NCBI RefSeq assembly: GCF_004010195.1
Contig: NC_057711.1
Coordinates: forward strand, 145,353,369-145,417,368
Source: Chiloscyllium plagiosum
Lineage: Eukaryota
Length of the DNA stretch: 64,000 nt
Reading direction: 5' to 3'
Positions 1 through 12,900 of this stretch are shown here, piece by piece. The first letter of the stretch is position 1; each line of letters begins with the position of its first letter. The position numbers and the translations under genes are program-made. Below the pieces are notes generated by a model. It had not been told where the DNA came from. It searched no databases and saw only the letters and a program-made list of their open reading frames with translations.

Positions 1-765
1 TTTCAGTGGCACTGAACTGCTAAAACTCTGCCAAGTGTATTCACCAATCCTGGTTTAGGGTTTGTGCTGCATCTACAGTATTTGGCACCTCACATGCATG
101 TAACTTGCTTTGGAGTTGCTCAGCCATTGGCATGCTAAACACTAATGTCATATGATCTTAGTGTAAATCATCATGTCAAGACCAGCACCAGTGTAAAAGA
201 ACTTGGACACTGCACTAGAGAGCTATAATTTCTGAACTTTGTTTAGATGTAAACAAAGGAGTATTGTCAGACCTAAGAGCTAAAGAACTTGTCGTGAGGT
301 TTGGGGGGGGGGGCGCGCGTGTGAGGTGGTGGTGATGGCAAGAACAAGCAGCCTCTGAGTACCTGAAAAATCCCTCATTCCTAACTGCCACTTGTAATGG
401 CAGACTTAAGTGTAATAAAGCTCTGAACTTTTAGTTTCATTTAATCAACTGAAGACTTAAAAATTTAAAACTCCTTTTAAATAGCTGCACTGAGTAATAA
501 TTTTACTAAATTGTTGGACTGAATTAGTTGCATTGAAGCATGTCACTGACTTAATGTCCAAGTATCAACAATCTCTCACTTGGTTACATATTTTCTGCTG
601 AAAATGCATACTTGTGCAATGCTATGCACAAGTCATGCAACTAGCCAATTCGATTTATCCTTTGTGTGGAAGGACCACTTATACTTGCAGATGGCTCTGC
701 AACTAACAGATATCCATCTCAAATAGGACTTTGACACCAAACTCTTGTGTTTTTTGCTTTTGCAG

Positions 766-969
766 AAGGCACTGCCTTTTTGCTGACTGCTGGACAGCAA
801 AGGCTAGGGATACTGGACTTAAACAGCAGGAAATTCACCTCCATGGCAGTTGATAAAGAAGTTGTGGCTATTGCTTACAATCAAGCAAAGGATGCTTTTT
901 ACTGGGTTGACATGGAAGGGAATATATTTTGGTCGTTAGCTGAAAACTCAAGCATCCCAATTTACAAAG
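766..969 (+). CDS. LRP exon, YWTD propeller A start
   Basis: ttttgcag acceptor; EGTAFLLTAG...AFYWVD...IYK; G|gtaatt donor; phase 1-1. Confidence 0.85.
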
Positions 970-3900
970 GTAATTTTTAACTTTTATACTTTAAGAAGTG
1001 TGCATGCTTGACCGTACTCCTATGCTCCATAGGACTTTGTCTCCATCCAGTGGAATTATTACACTAGTTTTAAAACTATTGGAGACTTTTTGTTAGAAAT
1101 TTTAACAAGATACATGTTGAAATTTAAAGCATGGAATTAAGTGATGCAAAACTGGATATTTCTTGTCACATGAACAGATCACTTATGCTTAAATTGACTG
1201 TCACATGCCATGGTGATATGTCTCCATTCACAAAATTAATCTCTAACTTGGAACTCGACCTGAATATGCAAATACAGCTGCTAAATTCCTCTTTATTTTG
1301 GGTGTACTTGGAACTAAAGCTTGCCAAATAATTAAATGCTGAGGATGTTACAAATAAGGCCCTTAGAAGCTGGTCACACCACAAGCAAGACCTACCCAGG
1401 CAGTTTTTCTTTGTGACTACTAGACTAGTGGGTGTGCATGTAGTACATCACCTATGGCCATTCCCTCCCCTCAAAACATTTACTTTTGGATGGGGGTGAT
1501 TATCTCTTGGGAGCAAAAGACCAGCTTATGGGAGTAGTTGTGCTGTACAGTACAGCAATGATTAGGGGACTCAACTGTAAGGGGAACTGACTGGCAATTC
1601 TGTGGCCACTAAATGGATGACATTCCCTCCTGGTAACAGGGTCAGGGATATCTGTAGGGCATTCTTAAGGGGATGGTGAACAGTCCATGATGGTTCATGT
1701 CTGTATGAAGGACATGGGTTTAAGAGGTCTTACAACAGCAATTAAGTTGGCTAACAGATTAGAGGATCACTATAGCTTCAGTCTTGGGCTTACTTCCAAT
1801 GTCATGTGTAACTGAGTATACAAATAGGTCGGTGAACAAGTTTGTGTAGGAGGGTGGTCTTTAGACTTGTCATTGGGACACGCTCTCTGGTAAGCGGAAC
1901 CTATAACCAATCCAGCTTGAACCTGATCAGAAATGGGTTCAATATCTCCACACTGGGCAGCTTCTCCATGCTACTAAGAGACATTTTGCAATTTGATCAG
2001 GGGATGAGGCCTGTAGGTGAAAAGCTAGGTGCAAGTTCCTATCTATTTCAAGGAAATGTTAGGACCATTGAGCAGATGGAGATATGGCGTGGGAGGTTCA
2101 AAACATTAAATTGATCTCAGTTCAAGGAGCTTGACTGGTCAAGTGGATGAACTTGTGAGAATGACATTTGTTGCAATTTTAGATTCCCTTGAAGGAAGGG
2201 AAAGATTAGCAGTTCAACATTCCACTCCAGTTTCAGGTGTGACTTAGGATATAAAGCAATTGGGGTATTTCCTTTTTGAGAGACAATCACTGCTCGAATG
2301 AGGGAGAACCCCTCTCTGCTTCAAATGAAGCCAACTGGGTAGAGCTTACAAATTTGTAAATGCCTTGCTGGGTGATTGTGTCCAACAGAGGAACAAGATT
2401 ATAGTAGTCTTTCAACTTTTAATACTAACTGGGATTGCCTTTGAGTTAGGCAGGGTGCAACTTCTGAAGAATGTCCAGGAGAGCTTTATGCCAGTACATT
2501 CTAATACAGATATGGTAGTTTAGACTTAATCCTAGGGGATGAAGCCAGTCAAGTGGGTTAATCTTTAGGACTAGTGACTGTAACCTAACTTTCCTTCTGG
2601 AAAGAGGATAATGTAGAAGCTGTCTAATTTGGAAAGGCCAGTTTCAATATCTCTAAACAGAATCTGTCAAAGATATTCTAACAGCTTATTACAGAAATCT
2701 ACATTTGGAAAGTGAGTCTGTGTTCAGGACCAGCATCTCTCAGTAAAAAGTGGAGCTGGTACACTTCTCAAACCTTGCATGTTGAGAACCTTTCCAAAAG
2801 GAAGAATACGTCTGAGATACTAATCCAGGAGGTCTTCCATCTCGGATGGAACAAGTAATGCCATGCCTAACCAACTTTGATCTCTTATTGAGGGGAATGT
2901 CAAGCAGCTGAGTATGTTTAGGTCTAGACCCAATTTATGGTGAATTTCTAATCTGTAGATATTTCAGTGAAATAATGAAGCCTACCAATTTTTTGATTCT
3001 TTTTATGGAATGTAATTGTGTAACAATTTTCTTTCCTTCAGAGATTGCCTTTTAAATGCTACTTGATTGTTCAACTCTACCTGCAACACTTAAACTTTAA
3101 TCCAAGACATTCAACCTAATTGAACCACATTAAATATTTGACTTGTTTATAAACTATATAATGGCTGACCTTCTTCTCTAGATGCCAGAGGAGTGACCAG
3201 TGTGGCTGTTGACTGGTTTACTGGGTTGATTTTCTGGACCAACCTCATTGAGAAGAGAATTTGTGCTGGTATGTCTAATGGCAGTGGATTTGTATTCATC
3301 CTAAAGAACATAAATCCAGAGCAACTAGTCCTTCTGCCGGCAAAAAGGTAAGAAGCTGTTGGTGTACAAAGCTTCTGCTCACCTTTTTTAGTTAGCTTGA
3401 TTAGCAAATGTACACAACAGGTGATATACAGCAAAACCTATACACTACTTCAATGGACAGCCTTGATAGCAAATGAGTACAAATATTTCCTGATCCACCT
3501 ATAAGATTCTCTCTCAGCGGTTGAGACCAAAATATTTCGAGTTAAATGTCATTCTTGAGGCTAAAATGATCAAAAGGTACTGCGGGAAGTAGGATAGGGT
3601 ACTGGAATTATCAAATTACCCTTTGGCCCATTTGAGTCTACACTGACCAATCATTACTAAATCTACCCTAGTCCCACTTTCCAGCACTGCCCAAAGACCT
3701 TAAATATTTGAGATTAAGCAGTCATCCAGGCAGATTTCTGAAGATGAGGTTTCACCCACTCACTAGAATCACTAGTGATTCCAAATCCCTATCAATTTAA
3801 TGAGTTCCTCTAATCTCTTCTGTCTCCATCATTTCACTACTTTCAAAGTTGTCTCCTTAACTCCAACTAAAAAAACTATTGCTTTAAATCTATTCATCCT

Positions 3901-6900
3901 TGCTCATCCTTCATCTTGTGCACCTCATTCTGATCTCTTCCACACCCACTTTTGCCCCCCTTCCACCCACCATTGGTGTTAAGTTGACTTATCAATCCCT
4001 CCTCCATTTTAAAATGCTACATCCCAGGTACCATGCTGGTGAATATCCTCTGCTCTCCCTCTAATACAATCTCATCCTATAGTGCAGTGACCAGAACTTC
4101 ACAATACTCTAGCTGTGTCTTAATTGTTTTTTTTTTGTTCACCTCCTGCTTTCAGTTATGGCATTGGTTTTTTAGACGTCCCATAGGTCACATTAACCTA
4201 GATGAATAATCAGCCTTTCAGGAACCTGGACAACACCTTGATCCTTCAGAGCTCCCTAGTCTGCTACCTATCCACTGCTTTCCTGTCTCATTACTACTTG
4301 CAAAGTGCATCACCTTGCATTCTTGAGTCCAATTCAATCTGCTGACTTGCCCATCTGTTCAATCAGCCTATATCCTCTTGTATCCTCAGACTTTACTACC
4401 AAGTCAATACTTCAGTAAATAGTCATCAGTAAACACTTACTTCCTTCTTTCCCGCCCCCCCCCCCCCCTTGCTATTTCTATATATCAAGAGACTCTGCAC
4501 TGATCTCTGGTAGACCAGTGGACAGCAGCCTCCAGTTAGACTGTTCTATCACCACCATCTACCATAAATCTCCTGAGCTGGATGATCAGGTACTATAGTG
4601 TTGAATGGCAAAGCTGACTTGAGGTTTTTGGTTCCAAACAAATGCAAAGTGGCCTAGTGGTATTATCACTGGACTGTTAAACCTGAGACCCAGGCAAAAT
4701 TCTAGGCTCCCAAATTCAAATGCCCATGGTAGGAGGTGGAATTTGAATTCATTAGAATTATCTAGAATTGGGAACCTAATGATCACAAACTGTTTTCTAT
4801 TTGGGGGGAAAAACCTATTTTGGTTCACTAAATAACTCCCTTTGGGGAAGGAAACTGCCATCCTACCTGGGCTGGCCTATGTCTGACTCCAGAACTGCAC
4901 CAATTTCCCTCCGGGCAACTAGGGATGGGTAATGCTGGCATAGCTAGTGATGTCACATAAGTGGAGTAACCTGTCACTAAACACTTTACATTTAAAGACA
5001 TTGTTGAGGTTAATTGGTGTTTAAAATGACTACATAAGATTTCATCAATAAACAGTTGCTTCAAATTTATATGGTAATATAGACTTGTTCATGCTGCCAT
5101 TCAAACTAACCAGAAAAATGTTTCCTCCATGCCACAATGACCAATCACGTACTAACATGAAATAAACTCTTGGGTATGGTGAGTAATTCAGAACAATAAT
5201 CCCTAATTTTCTTGGGTGGGAAAGAAAGTTTGCAAAGTGAAACTAGTACAAATTAAGTTACTTGACTGCTAAACTTTTACCAAGATTGGAAGAGCAGCCT
5301 AACCAGTTTTGGATGTTTTAATCCCATGTAAAACCAAATACCCACATGTAAGATCTAATGCATTTCATGGCATGGACTTTGAGTGCCACCTTCAGTCTCC
5401 TGCTTTTGAGCAAGCCAAATGGATGTTTTAACTTCTGTGAAAATTGCAAATTTTAATTTCCTTGCCTTATAGGCAAATCACTAAAATGAAAGCAGAGGAA
5501 TAAATATTTGAAAGTAATTGTTCCCAAAAGTAATTGTGCCTGAAGTATCTTTAAGCATGAGGAGACCTTAGACAATGTGAAACGCACTCAATTGAGTAAT
5601 TGAACATTTCCAAGTCTACTATCTCATGGAAATCTCGCTCAAGTTAGGAGTATCTTATCCCATTTGAGATGGGCTCTATAGCAGAGGAACTAAATATCCA
5701 TTTTAATTGAATAAAATTCAAATAAGAACTTCAGTTGGATCTGTTCAGTTGCAAGGGATCACAAATCCAGCAAAGGTTAACTTAAACTTCCTTTCAGTCT
5801 CATGTTCTGGGTAAACCAAAGAGATGACATCGACTCCAAGGTTCACATTGAGACTGCAGGAATGGATGGATCTGGAAGAAAAGTGCTTGTGGTCCTTGAT
5901 TCATTGAAACCAATTGGTTTGACTCTTGATTATCCAACTGAGAGGCTGTACTGGTTCAATGAAGATTATGAAGTAAGTGCACTTAGCCTGTTGGAAGGTC
6001 CTAACTGGGCACCTGATTCATGAGGGGAATTTGTATTTTTAAAGTTTCTGAATTTGTTTTAATCCTTCAAACAGCAACATAATGGATGAGTGGCTCAGTT
6101 AAATATTTTGCAATTGGCTCTTGTGTTTAAAACCACTTTCTAGATATTTAAAATCTTCCATTTTTCACTGGGTTTAGTGTTGACAAGCAAATTTAGTCTT
6201 TGGCTGCTTATCTTCTAGAATCTGACATACAGCATGGAAACAGACACTTCAGTCCAAGTTGTCCATGCTGACCAGATATCCCAACCCAATCTAGTCACAT
6301 CTGCCAGCACCTGGCCCATATTACTCTAAACCCTTCCTATTCATATACCCATCCAGATGCCTCTTAAATGTTGCAATTGTACTTTCCTCTGGCAGATTAT
6401 TCTATACACATACCACTCCCTGCATGAAAAAGCTGCCCCATCAGTCTGTTCCCCTCTCCCTAAACCTATGCCTTCTAGTTCTGGACTCTACTGACCCAGG
6501 GAAAAGACTTTGTCTATTGATCCTATCCATGCCCCTCATGATTTTATAAACCCGTAGAAGGTTGCCCCTCAGCCTCTGACCCTCCAGGGAAAACAGCTCC
6601 AGCCTGTTCAGCCTCTCCCTAATAGCTCAATCTTCCAACCCTGGCAACATGCTTGAATTTTTTTCTTTGAACCCTTTCAAGTTTCACAACATCCTTCTGA
6701 TAGGAAGGATACCAGAATTGCACACAATATTCCAACGGTGGCCTAACCAAGATACTGATCAATTGCAACATGTCCTCCTAACTCCAGTACTCAATATTCT
6801 GACCAATAAAGGAAAGCCTACCAAACACTGCCTTCACTATCCTATCTACCAGCAACTACTTTCAGGAGCTATAAACCTGCACTCCAAGGTCTCATTGAGC

Positions 6901-9900
6901 AACACTCCCTGGGACCTTTATCATTTAAGTGTAGATAAAGACCAAAACAATTTTGGCTCAATTTTCCTGCAAAAGATTTGCAATGTTAAGTATGACTAAC
7001 TCTACTTTTGAAGTCTGTTGAAACAGTTAGTGTGGATGGCAGTGGGAGATTCTCCATTTCTAACTTGGACATCAGAAAACCTCAAGGATTCTCAGTATTC
7101 GAAAACAGCTTCTACTGGTCTGAAGCAAGTAGAGTTCTTGTATCCCACCATCTAAAAAGGCCAAAGGAAGTTTTGCTAGATCCTGCAGTAGTTTCCATTT
7201 TGACCATAACCAACCAACAGCAGAGTAAGTCCTGGTTTCTAAATAGAAAGACGAAAGAGTAGATGTTATTTCTAATCAACATGTTACTGATAATCAAGTT
7301 GACTAATTTGATTTTGCAGGTAGTCACCAATGTCAGAAAGCAGAGTGCAGTCATATATGCTTACTCTCTCCATTGAACACTAAAGGCTACAAATGTGCTT
7401 GCCCTGAAGGAACATACCTAGTATCTGGAAAATGTGAAGGTAAGTTTTTAAAGCTTAAAATACTGTTTCACAACAGCGTAAATTACACTACTACTCTATG
7501 CAGTGGTTTGGGATTGTCTTTATCCAAAATGAATAAATGGTTACCTGTCACCTTTTAATGGCATGCTGCAACTTTTTAGATTTGATGTATAAAGAGTAAA
7601 AGACAAACAGGAATTTCTTCAAGTGGCCCTAGAGACATTATCCTTGCCAAGGTAGAATTAGCAGCAAGCCTGAACTTGGCATTTTGTGGCTATCAGAGAC
7701 ACTGTTCAAAAAGTTCATCTCGGTGCTATGAACATCCAGTATTTGATTTTGAGATTTACCTATGCCCTAACTGTTTTTTAGAACCAGAAACAGTCCACTT
7801 GCTGATTTTGAGTCTGCTCCACACTTGTTAATGGCTGATCCCCATTTCTCCACCCCCCCATATTTTTTTTCAGTTAGTTTATTCTCTTCAAAGAATAAAC
7901 ACAGGCTCAACCCCTCAATCTCTATAACTGGGATTCACCAATAGACCACATTTAACTGCCTCAAGCAGCTTTCCCTTAAGGAGATAAACAGTTCACATTA
8001 ACTGTCCTAGGTACAGTCTAACTAGTGCACTGCATGGCTTAGCAAAATCTTTTACATGTTCCCTCAAAAGGAATACTCTATTTGACTTCCATAATGATTA
8101 TGGGTCAATTACTGTTGTCTACTCTAAAGCAATAGGTGTCATCAACAGTGCTGTCAAACAGCACCTCAGTGGCACCTAGTTTGGGTTTCACCCAGGGCCA
8201 CTCAGCTCCTGACCTCATTACAGCCTTGGCTCAAAGAGGGATAAGAGTTCAATTCCAGAAGCATGATTTACCCTTTACAAATGCCACACTTGACAGTCTG
8301 GCATCAAGGAGCACTAGTTTGTGTTAAACTGAATCAGTGGGATTTGAGGGCAAACTCTCTGGAGTCTTGCCTGCAGACAGGAAGATTGTGGTTGTTAGTC
8401 AGTCATCTCTGCTCCAGGGCATCTCTGCAAGAGCTCCTCATGGTTGTCAAACCATCAGCTGCTTGAATGGCTTCCCTCCAAGTCAAGTGGGTGAGCAATG
8501 TTTAGAACAACTCATGACTCTGTTCATTTTCAAATGTTCCATGTTCATGTCCAGATTATGCTGGTTTATTTCCAGTCTGAGTGGAAAGTAACACTGCCTG
8601 GTCATTGCCACAAATGCCATCTCAGTTGATCATTTAACCATGTCCCTTGACAGCCAATGATACCATCACAGAACCCCTCCAGCAAAATTCTGGGGTTTGC
8701 CATTTAAACATGCTCAATTGGCTCATGCAAAGCAGATGCTAGTAATACTGGAAAGTAACTCTACCCAACTCTGTGCCTATCCTCTATCTACAAGGCACAA
8801 ATCTGGAGTGGTGGAATACCGTCTCTCCACTTGCCTGAATGGATGCAGCTCAAGTGACACCATTCTGACAAAGCAGGCAGCTTAATTAGGACCACATCCA
8901 TTCCTTCACCACTACCTGGTACACTGGCAAAGTTATACAGTGCAGCTTTTAGATGGTAGCAAAGATGCAGTCCATACCCATAATCACTTCCATCTAAAGG
9001 ACAAGCCTAACCAACAGGAACACCTCCAAGCCACCAACCAGCCTGAGTTGGGGAAAAAAAATTGCTGTTCCTTCACTGTTGCTTGTCAAAATCCTAGAAT
9101 TTCCTCCTAAGGACACTGTCTAAAGTACAGGCGTGTGGACTGCAGGAAGGAAACCACTTGCCACCATTTCTGAGCTACCAGGGACAAACAATAGTTGGCA
9201 GCTGTGCCCACATTTCTGAATCACAGCATAGAAACAAACCCTTCAGCCAAATTCAGTCATGCCAACCAGGTTTCCTAAACTCAACTTGTCCCATTTGCCA
9301 ATGTTTGGTCCACTTCCCTCCAAACAATTTCTATTCATGTACCTGTTCAAATATCTCGTGTTGCACTTGTGCCTTTGTCTACCACTTCCTCTGGCAGTTC
9401 AATCCACATACACTCCTCTACCTTGTGTGGAAAAAGCTGCCCCTTAACAAATCTTTCTGTTCACTTTGAATACTGCTTGGTTTTGAATTCTGCACCCTAG
9501 GGAAAAGACCTCTACTATTCAATTTAACTATCCCCCTCATGAACTTTTTTGACCTCCTACACAAGTGGAGTTAAGTCTCAGCCTGTCTGGCTACTTCAAA
9601 CCTCTAGTTCAAACAGCATGCTGGTAACTATTTTCTGAACCCTCTCCAATTAAATTATCCATTCTATAACTGGGTACCCAAAACCATAGACCTACTCCAG
9701 GAGAGGCATCAGTCCTGGACAACATCATGACATTCCAGCTCCTATACTCAATCGTGAGCAATGAGGGCAAGCATGCTAAACACTATCTTAACCACCCAAT
9801 CTACCTGTGACAACTTTCAAAGAACTAAGATCTTGTGGTTCAGGTTCAATGTTCAGCAACGCTCCCCAGACCTTGCCATCAACCAAGTCTTGCCTTGCCA

Positions 9901-12900
9901 AAATGCCACACCTCACCACTTTTTTTAATCTAACTTAATCCATGTGCACTCAGCCCATTTGGCCAGTCTGATCAAAGTCCTGTTGTACTGAACTTTTTGT
10001 TTTACAGTCCATGGCACCACTTTGATGTCATTTTGCAAACTTACTAACCATACCTCCTATGTTCTCCTAATCCTTTTTATACAAAGAACAAAGCAATGGA
10101 TCCAGAACCAGTCCCTCCAGAACTTCACCAGTCACAGGCCTCCATTCTTTAAAACAACCCACCAGCACCCCCTGTCTCCTACAATCATGCCAGTTTTATG
10201 TCCAATTGGCAAGCTCTCCCTGATTTTAACCTTTCTAATTAGTCTACCACTTGGAACCCTGTCAAGGATTTTACTGATAGTCTGCCCTCAACAATCATGG
10301 TTGCATCCAGAAACTGTTACTGAGCCATGATTTCCCATTCACAAAACCAGCTGACTCCCTAATCAGTCCTTGCCCCTCCAACTTGTACATGACGAGTGTC
10401 AAGTACCATCTGTATGATAGCTCTTCAACTTGTGAAAAACGCTCTATTGTGGCTTTTATGCAATCTTAATCCACTTAAATACTACTCACTGCTCTATTAC
10501 CTTCCTGCCAGCACAACTTCACTTTTCTCATACCTTTTAAGCAAGGGGCAACAACTTTATCTAAACTAACACTCTGCAGACTAATCCTCACTATCTGCTT
10601 TCCCACCAACTTTGTCATTTGCAAACTTGGTAGCAGTATGCCCTCTTTAAAGTGATCAAGATGGTGTGAAAACTGTGCCCTCATTGATTCCAATGATACT
10701 GCAGTAGTGAAGCCCTCATCTTGAAATACCATTCTAGATATTGACCAGCCAATCCAATCTATCCCTATAATGTTCAAATTTCATAGGCTTTTTGAATTTT
10801 TTGGAGTAACATTTGGCACTTGTTGCCATCAACTGCCTTTAGAAGTTGTAGTTTTAGATCTGGTTCTATTTTTGTCCTGTTGCCATATCCAAAAAATTCA
10901 TATTTCAACCATTTTCCCTCCAGTCATGCTGGTTCTGCATGATATAATTTGTTTCCTCTTGTTTCATTGAATGGTTAAAATCCACAAAAATCTCTAAAAC
11001 CAATATTTTTAGAGTACATACCTTGTAATTAAGGTACCAGTCACTGATCTTACACTGGACATCTCAAGCCTCCCAATCAAATGTCTAGATTTGGCTGGGG
11101 TTCTAAGTATACTTTATTGAAATGTGGAAAGGAAGATTCTTCCAAACAACATTGGCTATGAAACTTGAACATCCAGAAAAGATTTAAAAGGATGTTGCTA
11201 GTGTTGGAGGATTTGAGCTATAGGGAGAAGCTGAATAGGCTGGGGCTGTTTCCTCTGGAGGGTCAGATGCTCTGATGACTTTTTAAAGAAGCTTAATTCA
11301 TGAGGCATGGATAAGATAAAGACAGTCCTTTTTTTTTTCCCCCCTTGGGATGGGGGTGTCCAGAACTAATCCAGAAAAGATTTAAAAGGATGTTGCTAGT
11401 GCTGGAGGATTTGAGCTATAGGGAGAAGCTGAAAAGGCTGGAGCTGTTTCCTCTGGAGGGTCAGATGCTCCGATGACTTTTTAAAGAAGCTTAATTCATG
11501 AGGCATGGATAAGATAAAGACAGTCCTTTTTTTTTTCCCCCCTTGGGATGGGGGTGTCCAGAACTAGAGGGCATAGGTTTAAGGTGAGGAAAGATTTAAA
11601 AGGGACCTAAGGGGCAACCTTTCATGCAGAGTGGTGCATGTGGAAGAGCTGCAAGAGGAAGTGGTGGAGGCTGGTACAATGCAATATTTAAAAGGCATCT
11701 GAATGGGTATAAGCAAATAGTACTAGGTTAGGATATCTGGCATGTCAAAGTTGGACCAAAGGTTCTGTACTGTACACTTTTTTTTTCTATGACTGACTAA
11801 TACCAACTCCCCCCACCCCCACCATAGCATCTGAACCTAGCTGTTTTGGTTTGAGTAGCTTTTTAAAAGCCAATTTGTAATTCAATCCCATTCCTTAAAC
11901 TTTATTTTGTAGCATTTCAGGAGAATCTTTTTACATCTACCTGTTGGCATACAGCTTGTCAAATAATACCCAAACCACTTTCAACCCCTTTGGTCTGAAC
12001 ACTGACACTAAAAGTACATCTTCCTGTTAACACTTTCCTTGATACCTATCATTTAAATTAAGGTATGGATTTTGGCTAAACTTTTAAAGGAATGTGAATT
12101 TTTATTCATTTGGAAGGGACTTTAGCTCACTATTCCAAATGACTCTTAAACTTTCTGGGAAAGAATCTTATGGTTCCACTTTCCAGGTTGCTGAGTTACA
12201 AAAAGCTCAGCTTCACATTAGCAATTTTCTACAGAAGCAGATGGCAGGTGTTGCTTTGTAGGTTGGATTCAAGTGCTTCTAGCAGAAGAGCAGTTTGCTC
12301 TTTGTGCAGAGGGTTTGTAACATCCTTCCAAGGTGGGTTTGGAAGTCAGTTAATACCTTCTGAGGATTATAGGTGGGAGAGACTGCATCTGGTGAATTTG
12401 CAGTCAATTGCTTTAAGGAATTTCACTTAAAGATTCCTTCCTGTCTGAAGGATACTGCAAGGGAAAGGGTTGAATTGTCTTGCTGGTGTTTTTGCTAAAT
12501 GGTGTGTATGTATGACTTTTGGTTTTGTGCAAACAAGTACACTGACAGCACGTTGCTTAGTTGCTGACTACAGTAACCAAATTGCAAAAGGTGGTCCATC
12601 AAAGCAGATTTCACTACAGAATCTGGCTTGTTCTTATCACCAACTGGGAGCATGAAGCTAATCTTGCACCTCAAATCCCAGTTGTGTGAATTTTACTAAA
12701 ACAGGAACTATAGCAATGTTTCTGTACAATCGCACTCATGTTGGCAATATTTCACCTAGATGAGAAATTTAATCTTTTTACTTAAGCTGATACAGCCAGT
12801 TTGTCAATATTTCTGCTCCTTCCACAGTTCAATATTATGATGCCCTTCATCAGTAGCTGGTGATAACTAATACCATGCACTGGTGCTTTTAACTTGCAGG

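Noticed and set aside
727-765. Alternative upstream acceptor or GTG start for the first exon
   Set aside because: The polypyrimidine tract and cag ending at 765 is the stronger acceptor, and no signal peptide is present, so the gene start is outside the window.
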